This document shows, one piece after another, positions 53,811 through 63,769 of a stretch of 64,000 nt of DNA (positions within the stretch are counted from its first letter, which is position 1; the number at the start of each line of letters is the position of its first letter). The position numbers were made by a program, and so were the translations under genes. The notes beneath the pieces are model-generated. The model ran no database searches and was not told where the DNA came from. It saw nothing but the letters and a program-made list of their open reading frames with translations. Source of the stretch: a virus; the IMG/VR virus record IMGVR_UViG_3300034137_000032, positions 1 through 64,000 of that record, one strand, 5' to 3'.

Positions 53811-56810
53811 TTAATATCCGAGTGCCATCCAGAAAACAGGGGTAGCCGTACCAGACGTACCGTCATTGGTGACGTAAGCCGCGGAGGTACTGGCAGGGTA
53901 GAAGTAGCAGGCGTTGGTGCCGCCGGAGATGTGTGCGCTATACACACTGTTTGCGAAACCACCCACGCAAGCGCTGGGGAACGCGGTTGTGAAATATACG
54001 GTCGTGGTGCCCTCGGTCGCGACGCTTGAAGCCAAGCCCCACTGGATCATAAAACCAGTATTTTGGCAGCGCCAGTAACCCGCAGTAGTCACGTAACCGG
54101 TAGGAAGTCGAGCGCTAATCCAGGTGCTGAGGTAGCCGCCCCAGGTGGTGCCGTAGGCGTTGCCGGAGGTGTCAAGGAAGGCTCCTGACGCGTATAGGTT
54201 ACCCGCCGCGTGAATGTCGGCATTGCTGGTGATATTGCCGTTTGCGGTGAACGCGCCGACGTCGCTGAGCGAGGCGATGACCGCAGAATAGGCACTGTTA
54301 ACGATATCGAGGTTGCCCGCGTCGGAGCGAAGGTACTTGTTCGGGGTGGTGGTACCGTTACCCGCAAGCATGATGTTCGCGCCGTTTGCTCCAGTATCGA
54401 GCACAGTCAGGCCGCTGACCGAGCCGCTGCTGGTTACGGTACAGCCACCATTCAGTGCAGTCAGGCCAGTCACCGCCAGCGTACTCGCCAGTGTGGCGGC
54501 ACCGGTGACCGCAAGGGTGCTTTTGAGTGAAGCTGCGCCGGTGAGAGTTGTCGCCCCGGTGACTGCCAAGGTGCTGGACAGCGTAGCCGCGCCAGTGACC
54601 CCCAGAGTGCTCGACAGCGTCGCGGCACCCGTTACCCCCAAAGTACTCGACAGTGTGGCGGCACCGGTGACCGCAAGGGTGCTTTTGAGTGAAGCTGCGC
54701 CGGTGAGAGTTGTCGCCCCAGTGACTGCCAAGGTGCTGGACAGCGTAGCCGCGCCAGTGACCCCCAGAGTGCTCGACAGCGTCGTAGCACCGGTTACCGC
54801 CAAAGTGCTCGATAGCGTCGTAGCACCGGTTACCGCCAAGGTGCTTGATAGCGTCGCAGCGCCTACGACCCCCAGCGTGCCACTGGCCGATACGGCGCCG
54901 CCAAGCGTCACCCCACCCGTAGCCAGGTTGACGGTGAATGGCCGCGAGTCAGTCCAGGTGCCAGAGGTGTCGCCGCTGGCGGTCAGCATCAGATACAGAT
55001 TTGCGCCGTCATTGCGCCAGAACGTGCCGTAGTTACCCGAGACGATACGCCAGGCATTGGCAGAGGTACTGACGCTCTCCCCGGCAACGCTTAGGGTACT
55101 GGCCAGCGTCGTAGCACCGGTGACGCCCAAGGTAGACGATATAGTCGCAGCGCCAGTGACGCCCAGTGTGCTTTTCAGCGTTGCCGCGCCCGTCAGCGTG
55201 GTAGCACCAGCAACGGCCAGCGTGCTGGAAAGCGTGGCCGCACCTGTAACGCCCAGGGTAGTGTCCATGGTTGCAGCGCCAGCGACTTCCAGGGCGCCGG
55301 AGAGCGTGGACGCACCCGTCACGCCGAGCGTGCTGGATAGCGTCGTTGCACCAGTAACGGCCAGCGTACTGGATAACGTCGCAGCCCCCGTCAGCGCCAG
55401 CGTGCCCTTCAGGACTGCCGCGCCGTTCAGGGTCGCAGTACCCGTGACGGCAAGCGTGCTGGACAGCGTAGCGGCACCCGTGACGGCAAGAGTGCTCGAA
55501 AGAGTCGTTGCGCCCGTAACCCCAAGGGTGCTTTTCGCCAGAACCGCGCCGGTGAGCGTTGCAGCACCGGTAACCGCCAGCGTGCTGGACAGAGTCGCCG
55601 CGCCGGTGACTCCCAGAGTGCTGGATAGCGTTGCAGCACCGGTAACCGCCAGCGTGCTGGATAGTGTTGCAGCGCCCGTTACGGCCAGCGTGCTCTTGAG
55701 AGCGGTTGCACCCGTAACGGTGACCGTCTTCGTGAACAAAGGATCGACAAGGGGCGCGAAGGTCGCGTCGGCCTTGGTCTTGGTGTAGGTGTCGGCAACC
55801 TGAAACACGTTCCAAACCACAAACTGGACGATGTCGCCCGCAGTCGAGGCGGTGGCCAGCGTTACCGTGGCGCCATCATTGGCCGTGAAGCCCGTCGGCG
55901 GCAGGGTCTTGCCATTGACGATCACCTGCAGCAAGTCCGCGGTATAGCTCAGGTTGAACAGCACCTGCGCAGCGGTGGCGGTGTACGTGTAGGTCTCGAA
56001 CGTTCGCCCGGCCGCCAGGCAACTGCGGATCTGGAACTGCGTGCCGTCGAAAACAATCTCGTAGAGCGCCCCAGCCACGATGTCGTCGGCAACCATCACA
56101 GTGGTGCCCGCCTTGGTGATCGCGACCACGCCCAGGCCTTCGACGTTGACCGTCATAGCGCCATCGTTGTTCGAGGCCGCGATAAAACTGAAAGCCTGGC
56201 CAGCTTCATAGCCGGTGAGCGTGGACGCATCCGGCAGCGACAGCAGCAGCGCATCGGCCGTGCCGCCCGCGGTACCGCACCAAACGAGCGAGCCAGCCAC
56301 CTGGGCCAGGTTCTCGATCAGTTGGTATTGCTCGTGCGCGTTGGGGTCGTTCTCGTGCGTCACCAAAGCGGACAGCACCGCCGAGGACTCAGGATCGATG
56401 ACCACGGTGATGCTGTCGGCTGGGACTTGATCAAACACCATGTCGCAGAACAGCACGAAATCAGTGCCAGGCGTCTTGCTGGCGATCGCCGTACCTGCTT
56501 TGGTACTCCACACGGCAAACAGCACGTCACCGGCCCAGATGCCGACTTCGGTGATGTCGGCGGTCAGCTCGGCATCTGCCCATACGGCCGTGATCCGGAT
56601 CTGCGTACTGGAAATCGACGAGCCGCCCGCGATGGTTACGATGGCGTACTGGTCGTTCATGGCGGTTTCGCTGCCGGTTGGGGCGTAGGTACCCCCACCG
56701 AATGAAATCTTGGTGATCTCGACTGCGATCCCGGTCAGGCTGGCATTAAACGCTGCCTCGCGCCCGGCCGCGGTAAGCGTGGGCGTGATCGTAGTCGTCG
56801 TGGTGGCCAC
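53811..56810 (-). CDS. Long tail fibre with 12-aa tandem repeats
   Basis: TLTAAGREAA N-terminus; dozens of ATLSSTLAVTGA repeats; GNYGTFWRNDG fibre motif; C-terminal GFMIQWG...FTTAFPSAC. Confidence 0.9.
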   Translation of the reverse strand: MATTTTTITPTLTAAGREAAFNASLTGIAVEITKISFGGGTYAPTGSETAMNDQYAIVTIAGGSSISSTQIRITAVWADAELTADITEVGIWAGDVLFAVWSTKAGTAIASKTPGTDFVLFCDMVFDQVPADSITVVIDPESSAVLSALVTHENDPNAHEQYQLIENLAQVAGSLVWCGTAGGTADALLLSLPDASTLTGYEAGQAFSFIAASNNDGAMTVNVEGLGVVAITKAGTTVMVADDIVAGALYEIVFDGTQFQIRSCLAAGRTFETYTYTATAAQVLFNLSYTADLLQVIVNGKTLPPTGFTANDGATVTLATASTAGDIVQFVVWNVFQVADTYTKTKADATFAPLVDPLFTKTVTVTGATALKSTLAVTGAATLSSTLAVTGAATLSSTLGVTGAATLSSTLAVTGAATLTGAVLAKSTLGVTGATTLSSTLAVTGAATLSSTLAVTGTATLNGAAVLKGTLALTGAATLSSTLAVTGATTLSSTLGVTGASTLSGALEVAGAATMDTTLGVTGAATLSSTLAVAGATTLTGAATLKSTLGVTGAATISSTLGVTGATTLASTLSVAGESVSTSANAWRIVSGNYGTFWRNDGANLYLMLTASGDTSGTWTDSRPFTVNLATGGVTLGGAVSASGTLGVVGAATLSSTLAVTGATTLSSTLAVTGATTLSSTLGVTGAATLSSTLAVTGATTLTGAASLKSTLAVTGAATLSSTLGVTGAATLSSTLGVTGAATLSSTLAVTGATTLTGAASLKSTLAVTGAATLASTLAVTGLTALNGGCTVTSSGSVSGLTVLDTGANGANIMLAGNGTTTPNKYLRSDAGNLDIVNSAYSAVIASLSDVGAFTANGNITSNADIHAAGNLYASGAFLDTSGNAYGTTWGGYLSTWISARLPTGYVTTAGYWRCQNTGFMIQWGLASSVATEGTTTVYFTTAFPSACVGGFANSVYSAHISGGTNACYFYPASTSAAYVTNDGTSGTATPVFWMALGY
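54470..55730 (-). repeat. 18/36-bp coding tandem repeats in the tail fibre (two blocks)
   Basis: TLAVTG/AATLSS units; near-identical ~130-bp duplication with 162-bp period at 54491 and 54653. Confidence 0.85.
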
Positions 56811-56842
56811 TGGAACCTCTCAAATCTTTGATAGCGTTCCAT

Positions 56843-56883
56843 ATTTTCGAGGTCTGGCGGGTACGCTTTCGGGTCAGCTTTCC
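56843..56883 (-). promoter_or_regulatory. Putative late promoter of the tail fibre gene
   Basis: GGAAA-N30-GAAAAT. Confidence 0.45.
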
Positions 56884-58607
56884 GATGCCAGGCTGGCCAG
56901 GCTGTCGAACTGCGCGCCCTTGAAATAACGCGCCCGTCGCGCGCAGCCGTTGAGAAACCCCGAAGCGCCCGCGCTACTGCCGATCCACAGTGTTGTGGGC
57001 AGGGCAAAGTGAAAGCGCAGCCACAACGCGCTGGTCGAAACCACGCCATTGACCGCTAGGGCGACTTTCATTCCGTTGGCCGTGCGCTTCCAGCAAGCCG
57101 CCACATAAAGGTCAGCTGCGGCCGCAACCACTGCGCCGGTAATCGTCGCCTGGGTGGCGCCGTCGGCCAGGATCTCGAACAGCACCGCCCCGGTGGCGTC
57201 CTGGCGAATCCGAAACCCGTCGGTTCCGTCGTCAAGCGAGAGCAGGGTCGCGCCCCAGGTAGAGGGGAAGGCGCCCACCAGGGTGCCCTCGCTCGCCGAG
57301 TACCAGTCGAAATAATCCGACGCGCTTGCCGCCGCCGTCGTGGTCTTGATGAGCGGGGTGACTACGGGCGATGCCTCCAGCTGGACGCCCCACAGCCCCA
57401 GGGTCAGCGTGCTGGCGCTCGGATTGGAGATGGTCAGCGTGCCGGTACCGGCCGCATCTGCGGCGGCCCACAGCGACAGGCGAACCCAGCCCTTGAGGGT
57501 GGGCACTAGGTCAGCGGAATCGGTGGTGCCGGTTACCTCCCCGGCTGCCAAGTCAAACAAGGCCTGGGCCGTGACCGTGTAAGGCGTTCCGGACAGCGCC
57601 AGCGCGGGGGTGCCGCTTTCTGCCTGAGCGAACACCGACAGGCAGTAATCGGTGGCCACCAGCGCCGCCACGGGCAGCGAGATGCTGGCGCCAGCAGGCA
57701 GCGACACCGTGTCGGCCAGCCCGTTGGGGCCTGCCCGGGCTGCAGACGCCACGACAGCGCCGCCGCTGGTAGTCCAGCCGGTAAAATCGTTGCTCGGCGC
57801 CACCAGGTTGGTACGCGCGACCGTTTTGGACGTGAGCATGCCGATGGCGTCGGCCGCCCGGGTTACAGCCGCAGATCCGGTCGCAATGACGCTCGTGGCT
57901 ACGTTCCCCGCCTCGGCTTGGGCGCCCCACACGTAAAGGCCCGAGGCACCGTCGCCGATGTAGCTGCCCACGGTCGCTGTCGAGTAGATATGGATGCGAT
58001 ACAAGATTTTTGCATAGGACGTCTGATCAACCGTCACTGTAATCGAGCAGCGGTAATACCCGTTAGGCGCCGGGGTGATGGTGGCCGTGAGGCCGCTGGC
58101 CACCGCCGAAACAACGCCGGTATTGAGGTTGAAAATCGCCGTGTAGCCTCCCGCGCCGCCCGAATCGTAATAGGCGGTCAGCCGCCCGAAACCGCGCCCG
58201 GCTGCCTTCAGGTACACGCTGTACGTGAACTGGGTGCCGAGAGTATTGGCGCCGGACACGACGCGATCGGTGTAATGCGAGGCCGCGGTCGTCGTCGAGG
58301 CCTCCACCAGTTTGTCAGCCGTCATCGTCCCATCCGGGGCGATAGCGGCGTTCGCCGTCGCGCTGGCGCTGGAAAGGGTCCAGACGCTCTGATCGAGCTG
58401 CGAGTTGTAGGGCAGCAGGTTGGTGGCGCCCTGCTCGACCAGCAGGCCTTTGACGGCCAGGGTCAGCGGATCGTGATCTATACGCAGCTCTCCAGCTGCA
58501 GCGGTGGCCAGCAAGCCGGAGGCATTGATATAGGTGGCAGTGGATGCCCGCGAAACGTCGATGATTTCCGCAGCGTTGCGTTGTACCAGGCCCATCAGGC
58601 GCCCCAT
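56874..58607 (-). CDS. Virion fibre/spike protein with duplicated carbohydrate-binding-like domains
   Basis: SRASTATY...RIDHDP...GLLVEQGATNLL; two TNL...WG(A/V)Q(A/L)E modules. Confidence 0.75.
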   Translation of the reverse strand: MGRLMGLVQRNAAEIIDVSRASTATYINASGLLATAAAGELRIDHDPLTLAVKGLLVEQGATNLLPYNSQLDQSVWTLSSASATANAAIAPDGTMTADKLVEASTTTAASHYTDRVVSGANTLGTQFTYSVYLKAAGRGFGRLTAYYDSGGAGGYTAIFNLNTGVVSAVASGLTATITPAPNGYYRCSITVTVDQTSYAKILYRIHIYSTATVGSYIGDGASGLYVWGAQAEAGNVATSVIATGSAAVTRAADAIGMLTSKTVARTNLVAPSNDFTGWTTSGGAVVASAARAGPNGLADTVSLPAGASISLPVAALVATDYCLSVFAQAESGTPALALSGTPYTVTAQALFDLAAGEVTGTTDSADLVPTLKGWVRLSLWAAADAAGTGTLTISNPSASTLTLGLWGVQLEASPVVTPLIKTTTAAASASDYFDWYSASEGTLVGAFPSTWGATLLSLDDGTDGFRIRQDATGAVLFEILADGATQATITGAVVAAAADLYVAACWKRTANGMKVALAVNGVVSTSALWLRFHFALPTTLWIGSSAGASGFLNGCARRARYFKGAQFDSLASLASES

Positions 58608-59293
58608 TTGCGAGAGTGGTGGACGTAGAACGCCCCGCCCTGGAAATCCAGGTCGAGTGCGTTGGTGGCCGTGGATTCCGCCACCCGCTGCGGGCCGACG
58701 TGCTCGGAGCGCACCAGGACGCCGCCGACGACCAGGCCAGGACCGATCGTGATCAGCGACTTTTTGGCGATCTGGACGTTGAGCACGATGCGCGCGGCCA
58801 CCGTGGACTTGAGCGCCGCCAGGATCTGCGTGGATACCATGTCGGTGCTCAGGCGCACGCGCACGCGCGACGTCAGCCAGTAGTCGTCGAGGCTGCCCCC
58901 TGCCTTGCTGATTTCGTCCTCGGTGGCCAGATTCAGCGGGTAGATGCCCGTCTTCAGCTGATAAAGCTGATTGATTTCGTAGTCGCCGAACAGCGCCTGC
59001 ACATAGGTGCGCAGGAAGTGCATGCCGCGACGCGGGTTCCGGAATTTCCAGGCTTGATGCAGGTAGCGGATCGCGTCCTCGTCAGAGCTGGATAGCACCG
59101 CCAGGCCGTCGGCTGTCAGGTTGCGGCGTACCAGATCCAGCGAGCCGATATGCGGCGCGCCGTAGCAGTTGATTTCGTCAGCCGTGTCCTTGAGCACCGA
59201 TTCGAACAGCGCCAAAAAGATATCCTGCAGCTCGGCCTCGACGGTGTTCTCGGCGTAGCTGTTCTCTTCAGGTACCAGAACGCCCGTTGTCAT
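58595..59293 (-). CDS. Baseplate wedge protein (P1 gp16-like)
   Basis: RRGMHFLRTYVQALF; follows the baseplate J-like gene. Confidence 0.65.
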   Translation of the reverse strand: MTTGVLVPEENSYAENTVEAELQDIFLALFESVLKDTADEINCYGAPHIGSLDLVRRNLTADGLAVLSSSDEDAIRYLHQAWKFRNPRRGMHFLRTYVQALFGDYEINQLYQLKTGIYPLNLATEDEISKAGGSLDDYWLTSRVRVRLSTDMVSTQILAALKSTVAARIVLNVQIAKKSLITIGPGLVVGGVLVRSEHVGPQRVAESTATNALDLDFQGGAFYVHHSRKWGA

Positions 59294-60705
59294 GCGTTGG
59301 TCACCGTCTCAACTGTGATATTCAGGCTGTCGGCGCTGACGTAGCGGAACTGCTCGGGCAGGGTCGTAACCGTTGGATACGTGATGGTGATCGAGATATC
59401 GCTATTGTCGTCCTGCAGGGCGGTGATGCCGTCCTCCAGGATAGTGGTGATCTTCTTTTTCTTGACCGTCACCTGGCCGCGCTTCGCCCACGCCGACGTG
59501 CGACCGTACTGCGCCAGGATCAGCTCCTGGGCAGCCGAAATGACCTCGGCGCTGTCGTAGACCGACGCGATCTCCAGCACCACGTCCACGGTGATGGTCA
59601 GCTCGGCCACCGTCACGAACTTCAGCTTGTAGCTGTCATCGGCGTCGGTCACGATCGTCGTGATGGCCGATTCCAGCGTGCTCTGGTCGGTATCGTCCTT
59701 GATCGCTGCAATAAACAGGCAGTTGACGTTGTCCTGGCTGGCGCTGCGCACGGTCTCTTCGGTCTGTTCATTCCAGACTGATAGGAACGTCAGCGGCGCA
59801 ACGGTGCTCGACCGGCGAATGAGAAAGTCGAAATTGTTGTTGTATACGGCGTTGCTGTCATACAGCGACGGATACGAACAGATTTCGCGGATGGTGTCCG
59901 TGTCCAGCGGATCTGCGCCAGCCTGCAGCACTTCCGACAGGGTCACGGTGCAGCCGTTCTCATAGATCGAGGAGGTGTAATCGAATGTGAACAGCGCGCC
60001 CGAGCTGAGCGTGATGTCGCCCTCGGTCGAGGTCACGGTAATGGTGAACTCTTCGCCCGTGGCCGGTTGATACCCACCGTAGTCGGCGGCTCCGAACTTG
60101 ACGTATAGATCCTGATTTTCATCTGTCTGCAAATGAAACATCTGCTCGTCAGTTTCAACGTTGACGAAATCGGGGATGTATTCGAAGGCGTCGCCGTCCG
60201 AATTGGATACCGCCACGCTCACGATCGAGCCGCTGTCGGGCTGGGTCACGGCGATGGTATAGAACGCCTTGCTGCTGCTCACGGTCGCCGTTGAAGAGCT
60301 GCTTTCCTGTTGCTTGGCGGTCACGACAGCGCTGCCGCTGGCCGGAATGGTGGCGCCGACAGTAACGACGTAGGCGCGCCCCTGGGCGTCAGTAAGCGTG
60401 CGGCCGGTGGTGACCGTCCAAGCGGTGGTGGTGGCGTTGGTCACCAGCAGCGCGACGACTGAAGACGTTCCGAAGGGCAGCACGCCCTTGACCGCGGCGT
60501 CGGCCAATACGGTGACGTCGCGGGACTTGGTGAAGGGCTCGGCCGCAGCGATGTCCTGCTCGACGCTGGCCACCGAAAGCATGTTGGCGATCGAATTGAG
60601 CCGGGCGAGAATGGTCGGGTCTTTCGCTTGATAAAGGATCGAGACTTGAGGATAGGACGACAGAATACTGGTGTATGCCGCCTGCATCTCACTTAGGGTT
60701 TTCAC
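59290..60705 (-). CDS. Baseplate J-like wedge protein (P1 BplA-like)
   Basis: EPFTKSRDVTVLADAAVKG...LYVKFG...G.QP; synteny sit-pmgA-bplA-16. Confidence 0.75.
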   Translation of the reverse strand: MKTLSEMQAAYTSILSSYPQVSILYQAKDPTILARLNSIANMLSVASVEQDIAAAEPFTKSRDVTVLADAAVKGVLPFGTSSVVALLVTNATTTAWTVTTGRTLTDAQGRAYVVTVGATIPASGSAVVTAKQQESSSSTATVSSSKAFYTIAVTQPDSGSIVSVAVSNSDGDAFEYIPDFVNVETDEQMFHLQTDENQDLYVKFGAADYGGYQPATGEEFTITVTSTEGDITLSSGALFTFDYTSSIYENGCTVTLSEVLQAGADPLDTDTIREICSYPSLYDSNAVYNNNFDFLIRRSSTVAPLTFLSVWNEQTEETVRSASQDNVNCLFIAAIKDDTDQSTLESAITTIVTDADDSYKLKFVTVAELTITVDVVLEIASVYDSAEVISAAQELILAQYGRTSAWAKRGQVTVKKKKITTILEDGITALQDDNSDISITITYPTVTTLPEQFRYVSADSLNITVETVTNA

Positions 60706-61016
60706 GAAATGTTCCTCAGCTCGTCCACGGATACCGTCACGTTGCCCACCTGGACGATCAGCTTTTTAGCGTCGAATCGGGTGCTGATGTCCTGGAAGTA
60801 GACGGAGATTTCGTCGTCGCCCAGAACACCCAAGATTGGTAGGTCTGTTTTCATCTTGGTGATGAAGGCGTCAGCCAGGCCTAGGCCCATCGGTTGCTGG
60901 ATCAGCTCCTCAACTGGTGCGCCGTAGGTGGAGCCGAAATAGCCGTTCACCGGGGTGTTAAGCCAGTGCGAGACCATGTCCATGATCTGCGTGGCTGAGA
61001 TGTTATAAGTCGTCAT
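60702..61016 (-). CDS. gp25-like sheath initiator (P1 PmgA-like)
   Basis: MVSHWLNTPVNGYFGSTYG...KMKTDLPIL. Confidence 0.7.
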   Translation of the reverse strand: MTTYNISATQIMDMVSHWLNTPVNGYFGSTYGAPVEELIQQPMGLGLADAFITKMKTDLPILGVLGDDEISVYFQDISTRFDAKKLIVQVGNVTVSVDELRNIS

Positions 61017-61019
61017 GGC

Positions 61020-63767
61020 TTAGGCCTGGCCCCCGTTTCCGATCCCACCGGTGACAAGCGCAGCAATCTGCCGCTCGCCCACGTCCTGACCCACAGGCTG
61101 ATCGAGTCGCATCACGCCGGTCGTTTCCTTTTTGTCTGTACTGATTCGCTCGGGCGGTACCGTCGGCACGCCCGGCGCCTTGGCGGCGATGCTTGGCGCT
61201 GCGTTGCTGGCGGCCGGAATCGACGGTTTGGCCGCAGCCATGGGGCGCAGCGTAATGGGGATGTTGTCTGCAGCTGACGGAGCAGTGGCCACCGCAGGTA
61301 CGCCAGCCGAAGCGCTGGCCGCCGCCGTGGCGCCGGTACCGGCCGAGCCACCGACCACCTTGTTATATCGGTCGTTGAGCGCCTGGGCGTTTTTGCCCAG
61401 GTACTCGGCCGCCGTCGTGGAGCCCTTGCCGTAGTTGAGGCCGACAGCCTTTTGGGTACCGGCCGACAGCTCGTTGATATTTTTGCCACTCTTCGCGCCC
61501 AGGATCATCTCCTCGGCGGCCGACGGCCCAAGCTGGTGCATCATGTAGAGGTTTTCAGGGGTGACCGGCAGGCCCCGCATCTGCAGGTACTGCTGATTCA
61601 CCTGGGCGAGCTTCATGCCGCCCGCAATGTTCTGATCCTCGTCGAACCGGTTGGTGATGCCCACGCCAGAAGCCGTGCGACCGGTGAACTGAAACGTGCC
61701 GATGGCACCGGTCGAGGAAATGGCGTTAGGGTTGCCACCGCTTTCCATGGCCGCCATCGAAAGCATCATTTTCGGATCGAGACCGGACTGGCTGGCCGCG
61801 GCCTCGATCTTCTTCTGAGTGCTGGCCGACATGCCGCCAGGCAGGTTCGCCGACGTGTTGTAACCGCCTTGCTTCAGGTCACGGATACGCGAGGCTTCGT
61901 CGTTGGTGTAGCTGCCGTTATCCGCCAGGCTGCTGCCGCCCTTGATGCCGTCAAAGCTCTCCTTGTGGCGATATCCCTTGTCCAGGGCGCCCATGATGCG
62001 ACCGCCCTGCACCACCGCAGCATCTTTGACGTTGCTGTACGCGGTGGATGCCTTGCTGGCCATATTGCTGGCCACGCCCTTCGCCGCGGTGTAGGCCGTT
62101 TTCGCGGTACCGGTAACAGCGGTTGCTGCCGAAGCCGCGACATCGACCGCCTTGCTGGCCAGCTCCTTCGCACCATCGACAGCGCCGCCCAGCTTGTCAC
62201 CGAACCAATCCTTGACCGACTTGTAGACGTCCGAGACCATCGAACCCAGCGACGACGCTGCCTCGGATACAGTCTTGAATACCGAGCTGGCGGCGTCAGA
62301 CGCCAATTTGCCCGCACCGCTGAAGACAGAAACCACGCCGTCCCAGGCGCCGCTGATTTGCTTGCCGATATCGCTCCAATCGAGAGTGCTAAGCCAGCCG
62401 CCGACCATCGAACCGACTTTGTCGCCGATCATACCGCCTACGATGGTGCCCAGCGGCCCGGCCAGCGAGCCGATCGCCGCGCCCACGACGCTGCCCACGG
62501 CACTGCCGCCGCCCTCAAATTTCTCCTGTTTGCTGGCGTCCGGGTCCATGACCTTGGCCACGCCCATGCCGGCATTGATCAGCGTACCCAGCAACGGCAC
62601 ACGCTTGAGCACAGCCCCGCCGACCTTGCCGACGGCTTTACCGGCTTTGCCCAGGGCACTGCCGATCTTGCCCATACGGCCAGTCTTGCGGGCGTTACCG
62701 GCACTGCCGCCACCCGAACCTGCGGACGCGCCCCCGGTGTTGACCTCAACGCCTGGGCTTTTCTTGCGACCGAAAATTTTGCGCCCGACCGCAGCGGCGC
62801 CGGATGCAGCAGCACCCACGGCACGAATGCCGCCCTTGGCCAGCGAGCCGACCAGGCCCGCGCCCGGAATGGCTTTGAAGATTCCGCCCAGGATCTTGCC
62901 CAGCCCGCCCATGAGCAGACCAGGCAGGGCAACGATTGCCGCCAGCAATGTGGCGAATAGCCCGCGGCCGCCGCCATCCTTTTTATTCGACTCGCGCAGC
63001 TCGCCCCAAATGCGGCGATACCACGGTACTGCGACCTTGCGCTCGGCCTTCTCCTCGGCGCTCGTGCCGCCACGACCAAACAAGCCAGCCAGGGGGCGGA
63101 ACAGCGGGCCGATAGACTCCTTGACCTCCTTGGCGGCCGCAATGGTCGGGTCGATGTTCTCGGTGTTGTGCGCCAGCCCTGACAGGTTGCTCAGGCCATT
63201 CTTGAGACCGTTGATAGCATTGCTCAGGCGCCCGGAGCCCCCGCGGCTGCTGCCGCTGTCCGGATCATCTGGGGTGGTCGGGTTGTTGTGGCCAGGCCCA
63301 GCAGCGCCCCCGCCATTGCGCCCGTTATCTGCGGCGCCGTTACGCGGTTGAAACCGTCCGTTGGAGCCACGGGTGGGCAGCGCTTGCTCGCGCCGATGAG
63401 GGATCGCGTCCCGGCGTGCAGGCGTGCCGGTGCCACGCGTCGAGGTGCTGGACGTCGCGCTGGACGTGGATGGCTCGACACGGCGGCGAGGCGTGGCCAC
63501 CGGCAAAGGTGGCGGTACCGGAGACGGCGTGCTGCCGCGACGCGATGCCGTCGAGCTGGTGCGTGGGCTGCGCGCGGATGCAGGTGACGACGGGGCACTG
63601 CTGCTCCCGCCCTTGCTGCCGCGGCCGCTATCAGCCAGGGTTCGATTGAGCTGGGCAATACCATGGTCGATCGAGCGCAGTAGATCGAGCTGGCGGGCGT
63701 AGCCAGCCAAATCGACGCTCGCCGGGCTGCCGACCAGGAACCCGTCGTTATCCGAGTTTAGGGCCAT
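61020..63767 (-). CDS. Tape measure / Sit-like protein with lytic transglycosylase domain
   Basis: Gly/Ala-rich helical body; MAAMESGGNPNAISSTGAIGTFQF SLT motif. Confidence 0.85.
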   Translation of the reverse strand: MALNSDNDGFLVGSPASVDLAGYARQLDLLRSIDHGIAQLNRTLADSGRGSKGGSSSAPSSPASARSPRTSSTASRRGSTPSPVPPPLPVATPRRRVEPSTSSATSSTSTRGTGTPARRDAIPHRREQALPTRGSNGRFQPRNGAADNGRNGGGAAGPGHNNPTTPDDPDSGSSRGGSGRLSNAINGLKNGLSNLSGLAHNTENIDPTIAAAKEVKESIGPLFRPLAGLFGRGGTSAEEKAERKVAVPWYRRIWGELRESNKKDGGGRGLFATLLAAIVALPGLLMGGLGKILGGIFKAIPGAGLVGSLAKGGIRAVGAAASGAAAVGRKIFGRKKSPGVEVNTGGASAGSGGGSAGNARKTGRMGKIGSALGKAGKAVGKVGGAVLKRVPLLGTLINAGMGVAKVMDPDASKQEKFEGGGSAVGSVVGAAIGSLAGPLGTIVGGMIGDKVGSMVGGWLSTLDWSDIGKQISGAWDGVVSVFSGAGKLASDAASSVFKTVSEAASSLGSMVSDVYKSVKDWFGDKLGGAVDGAKELASKAVDVAASAATAVTGTAKTAYTAAKGVASNMASKASTAYSNVKDAAVVQGGRIMGALDKGYRHKESFDGIKGGSSLADNGSYTNDEASRIRDLKQGGYNTSANLPGGMSASTQKKIEAAASQSGLDPKMMLSMAAMESGGNPNAISSTGAIGTFQFTGRTASGVGITNRFDEDQNIAGGMKLAQVNQQYLQMRGLPVTPENLYMMHQLGPSAAEEMILGAKSGKNINELSAGTQKAVGLNYGKGSTTAAEYLGKNAQALNDRYNKVVGGSAGTGATAAASASAGVPAVATAPSAADNIPITLRPMAAAKPSIPAASNAAPSIAAKAPGVPTVPPERISTDKKETTGVMRLDQPVGQDVGERQIAALVTGGIGNGGQA

Positions 63768-63769
63768 GA

